From IMG/VR virus record IMGVR_UViG_2895427314_000002, positions 1 through 64,000 of that record: a DNA stretch of 64,000 nt. The stretch is one strand, 5' to 3'. The position numbers were made by a program, and so were the translations under genes. Source of the stretch: a virus. Its lineage: Duplodnaviria > Caudoviricetes. The number at the start of each line of letters is the position of its first letter. Within the stretch, counting starts at the first letter, position 1. This document shows, in pieces, positions 38,692 to 47,807 of this stretch. The notes beneath the pieces were generated by a model. It had not been told where the DNA came from. It saw only the letters and a program-made list of their open reading frames with translations, and made no database searches.

Positions 38692-38912
38692 CCTGTGGAT
38701 AACCACCACCGAAACGATCACCAGCGGCGCGTTAGGTCACGTCTGGACGTGACCCGCACGGGTCACGTCCCAGCGTGACCCGCAGGTCACGTCCCAGCGT
38801 GACCCATGTCCCTACATATGTCCCTACAAAACCTCTATCCCTATGGCTCTGGCTGAGGTCCACACACCTACAGGTGGAAGTGCGAAGATCACCGCCGTGA
38901 GCCTGTGGACAA
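38692..38912. other. Putative replication origin
   Basis: DnaA boxes TGTGGATAA 38694-38702 and TGTGGACAA 38904-38912; three GGTCACG-N6-CGTGACC palindromes (38735, 38761, 38785); ATGTCCCTACA x2. Confidence 0.75.
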
Positions 38913-39397
38913 GCAGAGCCAGTGATCAGCCGCACGAGGACGACCAGGCAGGCGGGGGCGCTCGTCGTCCTCGTCGCTGACTGCTTGTCCCGTCGCGGAC
39001 CGCACCGGCGACGCGAGAGACGCGCGAGCAGTGCGCCGCGATTCGCTCGGAATGGCCATCATGGTGGACGGTGAGCGCCTTACACGCCATGCCTGGCACG
39101 GAGAGACCAGGCCACCGCCAGAGCCGCTGAGAAGCGCTCACAGACAAGATCCATAAGGAGGCGCAGAGAACACAGCAGCCGCCAGCATGCCGTTGGGGTC
39201 GGTGGTGTTCGATTCTCGCGTGTCAGCTTTGGTTGACGTCTAGAGGTTTTGTCGTGTCCGTAATCGAGACCGGTTTTTGGTCTTTCTGCTGGTCGTGTGG
39301 TGGCGGGTCATCGCTGGTTGACGGTCTGGGGCTCCAGCTCCGTAACGGTGCGATCTCGGTGTTGTCCGAAAACTAGACCCTCTGTTATGCGCAAAAC

Positions 39398-40210
39398 ATG
39401 CTCGGCGGCATGCAGATCACACGTACGGCCAAGGCGCTCGGGAGCGCGGTAGGAACCGCCGCTCTCGCCGCGTCCATGGTCATCACAGCGGGTCACATGG
39501 GGGCGCTCACTGCCTCCCGCGTGGCCGATCCCACCATCATGGCCACGTGCCCCGACCAGGATCCCCCGGTCGTGTGCATCGTCGGCCCCCAGGGCCCGCA
39601 GGGTCCGGCAGGCGAGCCGGGACCGCAGGGCCCCCAGGGTGAGCAGGGCCCCGCAGGGCCGACCGGACCCGCAGGCCCGACCGGGCAGCAGGGCCCCACT
39701 GGACCCGCAGGAAGCGCGGGCCCGACCGGTCCGCGCGGAGAGCAGGGCCCCCAGGGACCGCAGGGGCCCGCCGGAGCTACCGGCGCGGCGGGCGCGTCCG
39801 GACGTCCCGGCACCACCGGGCCGACCGGTCCCAGCGGAGCGGCGGGCAGCCCCGGACCTACCGGACCGCGCGGCGGGCAGGGACTTCCCGGACAGCCCGG
39901 CATGCCGGGCACCGCGCCGGAGTCATCTTCCGTCACGCGGGAAGACGTGCCCCCGTTCGAGGAGGCATCGGAGACGCCCTCCACCATCCCCACGGCGGAC
40001 ATGTCCCCGGACACCTCCGACACGGCCAACGCCGCCAAGGCGGAGAACTCCGCCGAGTGGGACACCGGACGGTACCTGATCGGCGTGCTCGGGCTCATCC
40101 TGCTCACGGTCGCGATCGTGTGCATCGTGATCTACCGTCGCCGTCAGCGTGCACATGACGAGTGGTCCCGCACTTTCGTTGGCGGTTCCGCCAACGACAA
40201 CGACGAGTAA
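39398..40210 (+). CDS. Collagen-like membrane-anchored surface protein
   Basis: Signal-like N-terminus, about 37 Gly-X-Y triplets, C-terminal TM helix and Arg-rich tail. Confidence 0.88.
   Translation: MLGGMQITRTAKALGSAVGTAALAASMVITAGHMGALTASRVADPTIMATCPDQDPPVVCIVGPQGPQGPAGEPGPQGPQGEQGPAGPTGPAGPTGQQGPTGPAGSAGPTGPRGEQGPQGPQGPAGATGAAGASGRPGTTGPTGPSGAAGSPGPTGPRGGQGLPGQPGMPGTAPESSSVTREDVPPFEEASETPSTIPTADMSPDTSDTANAAKAENSAEWDTGRYLIGVLGLILLTVAIVCIVIYRRRQRAHDEWSRTFVGGSANDNDE
40178..40195. promoter_or_regulatory. 18-bp palindrome GTTGGCG-GTTC-CGCCAAC
   Basis: Perfect copy at the 3' end of the collagen gene, upstream of 40270. Confidence 0.85.
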
Positions 40211-40269
40211 CCAGCCCTTCCGCCCCGGCTCGCAGGGAGCCGGGGCACCCAACCCGAAAGGACCCAGTA

Positions 40270-40896
40270 ATGGCCAGCAAGAACACCCCCGCCACCCCCG
40301 CGATCAGCCTGCCCGACGCCGTGCGCGCCGCGCTCGTGGAGATCGACGGGGCGATCACCGGCCACACCGGTAACAACCTCGTAGAGAACGCCTACCGTCA
40401 CCAGGGCTTCCGCCTCAGCCTCGCGGAGGTCATGGACTGGTTGGCCGCCGGACTCCGGATCTACGACGGCCCCAGCCGCACGGAGTTCGCCGCCATGGGC
40501 AAGGTCACCAACGAGCAGCGCGCCGCGTGGTACCACATCCCGGACCGCGCCGGAGCAGGGGCGCGCGTCGCCGCGACCCTCTCCCGGTACGGACTCGCCG
40601 AGGATCACCCCGTCACGCTCGCCCCCGGACAGTCCGAGGTCAAGGCCGCGCTCGGGTCCGCCGAGCCCCTCGCGAAGCTCGCGGAGATCCACGCGGAAGC
40701 GGCCAAGAAGGAAGCCGAGCGGATCAAGGCCGAGCGTGAGCAGCGGATCAAGGACGCGGTCAAGACCGCTAAGGCCGTCGCTGATTTCGGCGGTGACCCC
40801 GCCCTGGTCTGGGCGAAGGCCATCGAGCAGGGAGCGGACGCCGCCGACCTCCGGCAGGCGTTCACCAACGCCGGATTGACCCCGCCCGCCGCGTAG
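40270..40896 (+). CDS. Hypothetical protein
   Basis: RBS AAAGGA. Confidence 0.75.
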   Translation: MASKNTPATPAISLPDAVRAALVEIDGAITGHTGNNLVENAYRHQGFRLSLAEVMDWLAAGLRIYDGPSRTEFAAMGKVTNEQRAAWYHIPDRAGAGARVAATLSRYGLAEDHPVTLAPGQSEVKAALGSAEPLAKLAEIHAEAAKKEAERIKAEREQRIKDAVKTAKAVADFGGDPALVWAKAIEQGADAADLRQAFTNAGLTPPAA

Positions 40897-40972
40897 CAGC
40901 ACAGCGCGCCCCCCGCGCCGCCACGCGCGGGGAGCGCACCCCACCACCACCGACGATCCGAAAGGGGAGATC

Positions 40973-41671
40973 ATGACCACCCTGCAAGACCTTGCCGTCA
41001 GGTCCGCCGCCGCCGTCCGGCTGGGCGCCGCCGACCGCGCCCGGCACGCGGAGCTGTGCGCCATGTGCCGCCCGGACCAGGAATGCCCCCGCGCCGCCGA
41101 GATGTTCACCGATCATCAGGCGCGCGTGCAGCGCTCCCGCTCCAACCTCCTGGCGTACCTGCCGCGTACGTCCATGATCACCTACGCCGGGAAGGTCCGC
41201 AACCTGCACGGCGAATGGTGGGTCGCGGACACGTGCGCGGACTGTGATCACACCGCGTACCGGCTCACCCGCCCGCGCGGCATGGCCATGCGGCACGCGC
41301 ACCTGTCCGAGATCAGCAGCGCGCCCGTGCTCCACCCCGGAGCCGGTGAGGCGCTGGCACCCGCCCGCGAGGCCGCCCGCGAGGCTGCCGCGATCCTGGC
41401 CATGTGCGGGATCGTGGTCCCCATCATCGTGGACATCAACGGGCTGGGCGCGTGCACGTTCGCCTACCCGCGCGCCACCTGGGAACACGAGCTGAGCGTC
41501 GCGGAGACCGCCGACACCGTCGAAGGGTCCTACGCGGCGGCGACGCTGCGCACCTTCCCCGACCTGGCCACCGCCACCAGCCGGGGCAACGCCCTCGGGA
41601 TTCACCGCATGTCGCGCGTGCTGGACAAGCTCCGCGCCGCCGCCCAGGACACGCGCGGCAAGAGCAACTAG
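40973..41671 (+). CDS. Hypothetical protein
   Basis: RBS AGGGGAG; CAMC...C and CADC motifs. Confidence 0.75.
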   Translation: MTTLQDLAVRSAAAVRLGAADRARHAELCAMCRPDQECPRAAEMFTDHQARVQRSRSNLLAYLPRTSMITYAGKVRNLHGEWWVADTCADCDHTAYRLTRPRGMAMRHAHLSEISSAPVLHPGAGEALAPAREAAREAAAILAMCGIVVPIIVDINGLGACTFAYPRATWEHELSVAETADTVEGSYAAATLRTFPDLATATSRGNALGIHRMSRVLDKLRAAAQDTRGKSN

Positions 41672-41861
41672 CTCCCCGCCGACCGGCCCCCGCGCGACCC
41701 CGCGCGGGGGCTTCCCCATGTCCAAGATCACCCCCGGTACCCCCTCCCCGCCGGTCCGGCCGTGGTGCCTTGCTTGTGTTGATCCGGATTGGTTTTGATC
41801 TTGCCGGTTGGTCGTAGGGTGTCCGAGTCTCATCGGGTGCGGCGGCCGGGAAGGGGTCGGG

Positions 41862-42623
41862 ATGGCGGATGGAGTGTGCGTGGGGCCGTGCAACAGGCAT
41901 GCTCGCGCGGCGTGGTCTGCGTTCCTGGCGGCGCGGGAGGCGCACGCGGATGCGGTGGACCGCTGGGTGGCGGACGGTGCGCGGGGCGAGCCGCCGCCCG
42001 AGCCTCCCATGCCGGTCCTGCAGTGGCGGCCGGGGGAGCCGCTGCACTGCGGGCTCTGCCGGGAGACGTGCCGTCGTGCGCTGCTGCTGGTGGACGAGCT
42101 GGCCGCGAGCCTGGCGGCGCGGCCGGGCGTGGTGAAGGCGCAAACCCGCTGGTCGCGGGTGAAGGGAACCAGGCCGCACGGCAGCATGTCGGGGGAGGGC
42201 GACGTCGTGCACACGGTGACGGGGGAGCTGCTGCGCCTGCGCCGGGAGGTGGCCCGCCGTCTGAAGCTGGCCGACCAGGTGCCCGCCGGCCGGTCGGGAG
42301 TGGTGCGGTCCCGGTCGGTCACGTGGCTGGTGGACAAGCTGGACGTGCTGCTCGCCCTCGACGGGCTCACGGTGCTGTCGAGCGTCGAGGACGAGGAGCG
42401 CGCCCCGGTGGAGCTCGGCCCGGTGGACTGGGCTCTCGCCTGGGAATCCCGGCTGCGGCGCCTGGTGGACGACGAGCCCGGCCAGACACACGCGCGCTGC
42501 CCCGGATGCGGCCTACGGGAGCTGGAGTGGCAGCCGCGGGCCGGCTATTACGTGTGCGGGAACTGCTCCCGCCACGTCGGCGAGGCCGAGGCGATGGAAG
42601 CGGTCACGCAGGAGGCAGGGTGA
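41862..42623 (+). CDS. Zn-finger phage protein (possible late regulator)
   Basis: CVGPCN, CGLC, CPGC...CGNC. Confidence 0.7.
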   Translation: MADGVCVGPCNRHARAAWSAFLAAREAHADAVDRWVADGARGEPPPEPPMPVLQWRPGEPLHCGLCRETCRRALLLVDELAASLAARPGVVKAQTRWSRVKGTRPHGSMSGEGDVVHTVTGELLRLRREVARRLKLADQVPAGRSGVVRSRSVTWLVDKLDVLLALDGLTVLSSVEDEERAPVELGPVDWALAWESRLRRLVDDEPGQTHARCPGCGLRELEWQPRAGYYVCGNCSRHVGEAEAMEAVTQEAG

Positions 42624-42695
42624 CTCAGTCCCGTGGTGGGACGGCACAAGCTAATGGCCCCGCCGTGGGACGGGGCCCTCAGGCGGCTCATCCGA

Positions 42696-43130
42696 TCACT
42701 TGAGGATGATCTTATCGACCTTGTTGTTCCAGTCGGCCAGGTTGCTCAGATACTTCACATCGCCGAGATCCGGGATGAGCTGACCAGCGGGGACGGGCAG
42801 CGTGACATCGGGAACGACTCCGCTCCGGGAATCGACCAGAGTCACGCTGGCGTTACGCCTGTTCCAGACGCTGCTGATCCGATCCCGCCAGCCGACGCCG
42901 CCCAGTTCCATGGTCCCGGCCGACTTGCGTGAATACCTGTCGCCTTGGCGGTTGGGATACTCCCAGACGCAGAGCCATCCGGGGGTGCACTCGCTCAAGT
43001 CGGCCACGACGACCACCCCGGACGTCTGGGGGGTTGGGCCCGTGACTGCTTCGGCGGTGGCCGGTGTGGTCAGCATGGCGGCACCGGCCACGGCGGTAAG
43101 CAGGGCGGTTGTGTAGCGCTTGAATCGCAC
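42696..43130 (-). CDS. Secreted peptidase-inhibitor I36 / crystallin-like protein
   Basis: Signal peptide; CTPGWLCVWEYPNRQG...WRDRISSVWNR. Confidence 0.8.
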   Translation of the reverse strand: MRFKRYTTALLTAVAGAAMLTTPATAEAVTGPTPQTSGVVVVADLSECTPGWLCVWEYPNRQGDRYSRKSAGTMELGGVGWRDRISSVWNRRNASVTLVDSRSGVVPDVTLPVPAGQLIPDLGDVKYLSNLADWNNKVDKIILK

Positions 43131-43341
43131 GGTACTTCTCCTCTTGTCGTTTTCGCATTGGCTCATGAGGCCTGCGCCGGAGCTTGTCTCAGCTCCGTGT
43201 TGGGCTTTCGGTGAATGAGAGTGATTCGACATCTCCCTGTGTGATGGGGAGTGGTGGAATGTGACTCATGCCACTTCCGGCCCGGCGGTTGAGCAGGAGC
43301 AACATTGCGATGGACCCGTCGCGTGTGCTCGCAGAGGTGGA

Positions 43342-43620
43342 GTGGCGGCGGGGGCGTTCCTCGACCAGTACGAGCTGACCGTCCGGCTGAGGGACGAGGC
43401 CGCCGCCCGCATCCGTGCCGCTGGCGACCGCCCGGATGGCGGCGACCTGACGAGGTGGGAGCAGGCGCACGACGAGGTGGCGGTGATGAAGCCGATCGTG
43501 CGGGAGATGGCCGCCCCGTACGTGAGGTTGCCGGGGTTGCCCGTGGCCGCCGCCGTGGCGCGCCCGGAGACGCTTCAGCGGGAAATCAGTGAGCGTGGCC
43601 AGTACGACGAGAGCGCGTAA
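43342..43620 (+). CDS. Hypothetical protein
   Basis: RBS GAGG before GTG; start uncertain. Confidence 0.5.
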   Translation: MAAGAFLDQYELTVRLRDEAAARIRAAGDRPDGGDLTRWEQAHDEVAVMKPIVREMAAPYVRLPGLPVAAAVARPETLQREISERGQYDESA

Positions 43621-43876
43621 CCAACGTCTGACCTGCGTGTTTGTGAGGTTTCGGTGCGTGCCGCTCACGTGCGCCGCGCTTCGGCTACGCTGACGGCAGG
43701 CTTACCGCGTGCCTGCCTCCGAGCTGATCTCGCCTACGCCGAGACACAGCACCGACGAGGCGAAGGTCCCCGTGGATCGCGTACCCCGCTCGCCCTCGAC
43801 GCTGCGTACGCGGCGGCCGGTGCTCGTGTCTTCGAGGTGGGGTGCGTAGGACCGCCACCTGGAAGGACACCCCCCC

Positions 43877-44568
43877 ATGACCCGCAACGCCGCCTGGAAG
43901 AACCGTGTCCGCGCCTACGCGGCCGAGAACGGCCTTTCGTACCAGCAGGCCCACGCCGCGCTCACAGCCCAGGCCCCCGCCGGCGCGGGCTTCACTGCCA
44001 ACTCTGCCGAGTGGACGCAGGTCGGCGCAGGCCGCTACCTCATCGAGTTCGGCGACCACGGGCTCGGCGGCCACGAGATCGAGCCGTTCCACCTCGACAT
44101 CACCGCACCGACGACCTGCGCGAGCAGCTCGGCGCGTTCGCGATGGGCCGGAGCTGGTTCGGGTTCTACATCGAGCTGGACGGTCTGGCCGGGAGGTTTC
44201 GGCTGGACGTCGAGCCCGGCAACGCGGACCTGCTCGGGACGTTCACGCTCCGGCTCGACCCCGCCGACGAGGACGTGGTCGAGCTGCCCCGCTCGTTCTC
44301 TCACGACATGCACGAGCTGATCGACGCCGTGCAGAGCCGCTTCGACTGCACCGTGGACGCCTTCACGTTCGTGCGTGGTGCCCGCGGTGGCGACGTCGAG
44401 TACGTGGGCCTCATCTACCGGGCAGGGACGGAGATGTTCCACCTGCTCCACATCGCGGACCACGACGGCGGCTGGCAGTACACGCTGTCCGGCGGGTGGC
44501 CGCTCGCCCGCGACGAGGAGGCCGTCGAGGCGTTCCAGGCGAAGATCGCCGAGCACATCCACGCCTGA
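43877..44568 (+). pseudogene. Hypothetical protein frameshifted near 44105
   Basis: MTRNAAWKNRVRAY...HLDIT continues as TDDLREQLGAF... in another frame. Confidence 0.65.
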
Positions 44569-44581
44569 CCCCGGACATGAA

Positions 44582-44618
44582 CAGAGGCCCGCCGCGCTGA
44601 GCTCGCGACGGGCCTCTG
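44582..44618. terminator. Hairpin between convergent genes
   Basis: CAGAGGCCCG/CGGGCCTCTG. Confidence 0.6.
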
Positions 44619-44628
44619 AAGTGCGGGT

Positions 44629-45177
44629 CTACTCGACGGAGTGCACGACCTCCGCGACGGGGCCGGCGGGCCGGAGCACGGCCTCGACGGCCTCCGGCGT
44701 CACGGAGGTCCCGTACTCGTCCGTCAGGATCTGGCTGATGGCGGCCGGGGTCCGTGAGGAGTCGTCACCGTAGGCGTCCAGGATCAGCTCGCAGGTGGTG
44801 TCGTCCAGGGCGGCGGCGGCCTCGTGGTCGGGCGTGACGGTGGACTCGACCGGGTGGTCGTTGTGGCTGTGGTCGTTGTGCCCGGTCATGGTGGTGCTCC
44901 TCAGGACCTGCTCAGCGCCAGCCTTGACATCGGAGAGATCGTCGAGCGCGTGTCCGGCCTGCTCGATGGCGGCGGACAGCAGCACCGAGGTCACCGCCCC
45001 GGGCGTCACCTCCTCGTCGTCGGTGTCCAGCGTCTCGGCGATCTGGTCCGGGGTGAGAGTCGGGTCGGCCGCGGCCGTCTCGACGATGAGCTTGCGGGTC
45101 TCGTCGGACAGCGCGGCGGCGGCCTCGGGGTCGGAGTGGCCGATCGGGTCCGGCGTGTGATCGTTACGTGCGGACAT
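44629..45177 (-). CDS. Acidic protein with duplicated HTH-like unit
   Basis: EAAAAL.D.T..LI...TP..I...L...VTP.AV..VL occurs twice. Confidence 0.7.
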   Translation of the reverse strand: MSARNDHTPDPIGHSDPEAAAALSDETRKLIVETAAADPTLTPDQIAETLDTDDEEVTPGAVTSVLLSAAIEQAGHALDDLSDVKAGAEQVLRSTTMTGHNDHSHNDHPVESTVTPDHEAAAALDDTTCELILDAYGDDSSRTPAAISQILTDEYGTSVTPEAVEAVLRPAGPVAEVVHSVE

Positions 45178-45231
45178 GAGTTCTGCCTTTCGCGAGGAGA
45201 GCTTTCGTGTCTCCGCCATCATGAGGGGCTT

Positions 45232-45284
45232 GTTGGCGGTTTCGCACACGTTTCGCCAAACAGCGCGTTGGCGGGACCGCCAAC
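45232..45284. promoter_or_regulatory. Tandem palindromes: degenerate 45232-45249 and perfect GTTGGCG-GGAC-CGCCAAC 45267-45284
   Basis: In divergent intergenic region, near a minus-strand CATGAT -10-like hexamer. Confidence 0.8.
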
Positions 45285-45502
45285 GGTTGTGCTCGCACGA
45301 CCTTCTGTGTCACACTTCGTGCGGGCGGCACCCCTATGCCTATCGGCAGAGCCCCCGACCTGCCCGTATACGAGTCGTGATGCTGAGCGCGTCTCTGGCA
45401 GGGCGTGTGCCGCCCCCACCTCCTCCTATGCGGCCGGTCGCGTTCGCGCGTCTACGGCCGCCTCAGCGCGTCGATCATTCCGGGCGAAACCAGCGAAAGT
45501 GG

Positions 45503-45745
45503 GTGAACGTGACCCCCGTGACCGCCCGCCAGGCCGCCGAACGACTCGAACGGGAGCCGTGCACGATCCGCCAGTGGGCGCACCGCTACAAGGTGCGCGC
45601 CCTCGGCCGCGCCGGACGCGAGACCGTGTACGACTACGGGGACCTGGCCACGATCGAATGGTGCATCTGGGACGGCCAGGAGGTCCCGGCCACGCCGGAG
45701 GACCGCGACGAGCTTCGTGCCGCTCGCCGAGAAACCGCCACGTGA
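45503..45745 (+). CDS. Small MerR/excisionase-like HTH protein
   Basis: VTARQAAERL...TIRQWAHRY...VYDYGDL. Confidence 0.7.
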   Translation: MNVTPVTARQAAERLEREPCTIRQWAHRYKVRALGRAGRETVYDYGDLATIEWCIWDGQEVPATPEDRDELRAARRETAT

Positions 45746-45747
45746 TC

Positions 45748-45924
45748 TCAGTCTGCGGGAATCTCCTCAAGGTGTACGAGGTAGGTGGTCCCATCCGCCA
45801 ACTGGACGGTGAACTCCTCCTCGACACCGTTAAGGTGTGCGACGTCGGAGCAGTGCACCACCCAGTCGATCTGCAGGGCACTCTCGTGGAGCTTCTGGGA
45901 GAGGAAGGAGAGATACCAGACCAT
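45748..45924 (-). CDS. 58-aa acidic protein (not in ORF track)
   Basis: RBS GAGAGGA; MVWYLSFLSQKLH...FTVQLADGTTYLVHLEEIPAD. Confidence 0.55.
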   Translation of the reverse strand: MVWYLSFLSQKLHESALQIDWVVHCSDVAHLNGVEEEFTVQLADGTTYLVHLEEIPAD

Positions 45925-46059
45925 GGCTGATCCTCTCAGAACTCACGAGTGTCGCGCCGGGCACGAGTAGGCTTGATCAGCAGGACCGTCGTGCATGGCA
46001 CCTCGATGTCGTCGCTCATGCTCCGATCCTCCCACCGGCCCGGCCGCGCTGTCCTTGCC

Positions 46060-46176
46060 TCACCGCAGCAGAGCGACGACGACGGGCACACTCACCGTCA
46101 ATACGATCACGCATAAGCGCAGCGTCGTGCCCCAGCACTTGATCGCTTCTCGCAAGATCTGGGTGCTGACCTGCAT
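46060..46176 (-). CDS. 38-aa hydrophobic peptide
   Basis: RBS GAGGAGG; MQVSTQILREAIKCWGTTLRLCVIVLTVSVPVVVALLR. Confidence 0.55.
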   Translation of the reverse strand: MQVSTQILREAIKCWGTTLRLCVIVLTVSVPVVVALLR

Positions 46177-46290
46177 GGCTTCCTCCTCAGCTCGGGGGGT
46201 GGATGCCTCCAGCGTGGCAACCGCCGGTAGAGGTGTGATGGGTGCTCGGTTGTGCGGTCCGGTATAGGTTCCTGAACGAAAGGCCCCCTT

Positions 46291-46515
46291 ATGGAGATCC
46301 GACCGCGCGTCCGCATCGTCGGCGCCGAACGCCACCAGCTCGCTCAGCACCTGGCCAGCCGCTACCAGGCGGGGGAATCCGTCCGCGCGCTCTCCCTCGC
46401 GATCGGCCGATCGTACGGGTTCGTCCACACGCTGCTGGAGGAGGCGAGCGTCGAGCTGCGCCACCGCGGCGGCAACCAGCGCAGCCGGCCCGCGGCGGCC
46501 GGGGCAGCGAAGTGA
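46291..46515 (+). CDS. HTH_58 protein, homolog of Streptomyces SCO1839/Gbn nucleoid-associated protein
   Basis: GAERHQLA..L..RYQAGESVRAL...GRSYGFVH.LL.E..V.LR.RGG. Confidence 0.8.
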   Translation: MEIRPRVRIVGAERHQLAQHLASRYQAGESVRALSLAIGRSYGFVHTLLEEASVELRHRGGNQRSRPAAAGAAK

Positions 46516-46853
46516 CGCCCGCCGAGATCGCCGCCACGAAGGCGGCAGAGCTGCTGGACAAGGCCGAGGAATACATCCTCGACGAGGGGGCCGTGAAGAA
46601 CTGCGTGGCCATCGCGGACGGCTGGATGCGGCTGCACCTGGCTATCACGACCGGTGCTGTCAGGTGACGCGGCATCTGGCCGCGTGCCAACCAAAGTGGC
46701 CAAACAATTGGCCGCTGCCATCGGAAGTGGCCAGCGCGGTAGCCGAGCGTACGGAATGGACCTTCGCCGTGGGAGTGCATGACTTCCGCCCTGACGCTAC
46801 GTAGAGTAATCTTTTCCTGACTTTCGGTTGCTCTACGTACAGGAGACAATGCC

Positions 46854-47234
46854 TTGACGTCACGATCACTCCGCACCCTGGCCACACTGGCGCTGGCCGC
46901 CACGGCCGCCACCAGCGTCGCCACCCCCGCCACCGCCGAAACCGACGCCCCGTACGCGCGGGCCGCCGCCTCCGTTGCTGCGGACGGCAACCTGATCCAC
47001 GGCAAGAACATCGTCTCCACCAGGCGCACCGCCACCGGCCGCTACTGCGTCCAGGTCGACGACCGGATCAACCTGTCCAACGCGGTCATCCACGTCACCG
47101 TCCACGGGTCTCGAATTGGGAGCGCCGTCACTCCCTCCCCTAACTGCGGCAACGCCGCCGACACCATCGCCGTGAGCATCGTCACCTACCAAGGCAATTC
47201 GGGGGACACCGGCTTCTACCTGTCCATCTCCTAA
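46854..47234 (+). CDS. Secreted small beta-rich protein (transposon cargo)
   Basis: RBS AGGAG, signal peptide ending ATA-E, Cys pair. Confidence 0.8.
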   Translation: MTSRSLRTLATLALAATAATSVATPATAETDAPYARAAASVAADGNLIHGKNIVSTRRTATGRYCVQVDDRINLSNAVIHVTVHGSRIGSAVTPSPNCGNAADTIAVSIVTYQGNSGDTGFYLSIS

Positions 47235-47269
47235 CCGAACTCCCCGCCGACAGCAGGCAGGGCTTGCAG

Positions 47270-47314
47270 GCGCGCACAGCTCCGACGCGCCACCGCGTTG
47301 GGAGCTGTGCGCGC
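47270..47314. terminator. Long hairpin between cargo genes
   Basis: GCGCGCACAGCTCC...GGAGCTGTGCGCGC. Confidence 0.6.
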
Positions 47315-47387
47315 TACTTGGGCGATGGCTGCTTCTCGCAATCGCGATTGACCGTAAGTCACCCCGAGAAGAGGAAGGAAACTCTCC

Positions 47388-47807
47388 GTGACGCATGCTG
47401 CTACTCACCGGGCGATACACGAGGCGTTCTCGCGCAGGAATTTCGATGAAGTGGCTGCGAAGCAGCACCCAAGCACCGAATACCGCGATCGGGCGCGACA
47501 ACTCACCGCCAACGGTCCGGCCGAGTCCATCGACTACCTGAAGGGGTGGACGACTGCCTTCTCCGACGCGGTCTTCGCCGATGGGATGTACCTGGACGGC
47601 ACCGATCACAGCGTCTCGTTCTGCACGATGCGAGGCACAAACGACGGCCCGTTTGGACCGTTTCCGGCCACCGGCAGCACGGTCGGGGTGCCGTTGTGTG
47701 AGGTCTTCCACTACGACGCAGACGGCCAGGTCATCGGCGCTGATCTCTTCTATGACGCAACGGCGTTCCTGGTTCAACTCGGCCACGCAGAAGCTCCGCC
47801 AGCCTGA
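47388..47807 (+). CDS. SnoaL-like / NTF2-fold ester cyclase (transposon cargo)
   Basis: AFSD...RGTNDGPFGPFPATG...CEVFHY..DGQV...YD. Confidence 0.85.
   Translation: MTHAATHRAIHEAFSRRNFDEVAAKQHPSTEYRDRARQLTANGPAESIDYLKGWTTAFSDAVFADGMYLDGTDHSVSFCTMRGTNDGPFGPFPATGSTVGVPLCEVFHYDADGQVIGADLFYDATAFLVQLGHAEAPPA

Noticed and set aside
38735-38804. Three regularly spaced palindromic repeats as a CRISPR array
   Set aside because: Spacers only 4-6 bp, no cas genes; fits iterons
39580-39915. Tandem DNA repeats
   Set aside because: Explained by Gly-X-Y collagen coding
39272-41815. Similar T-rich stretches at 39272 and 41791 as flanking repeats
   Set aside because: Similarity too loose to distinguish from composition
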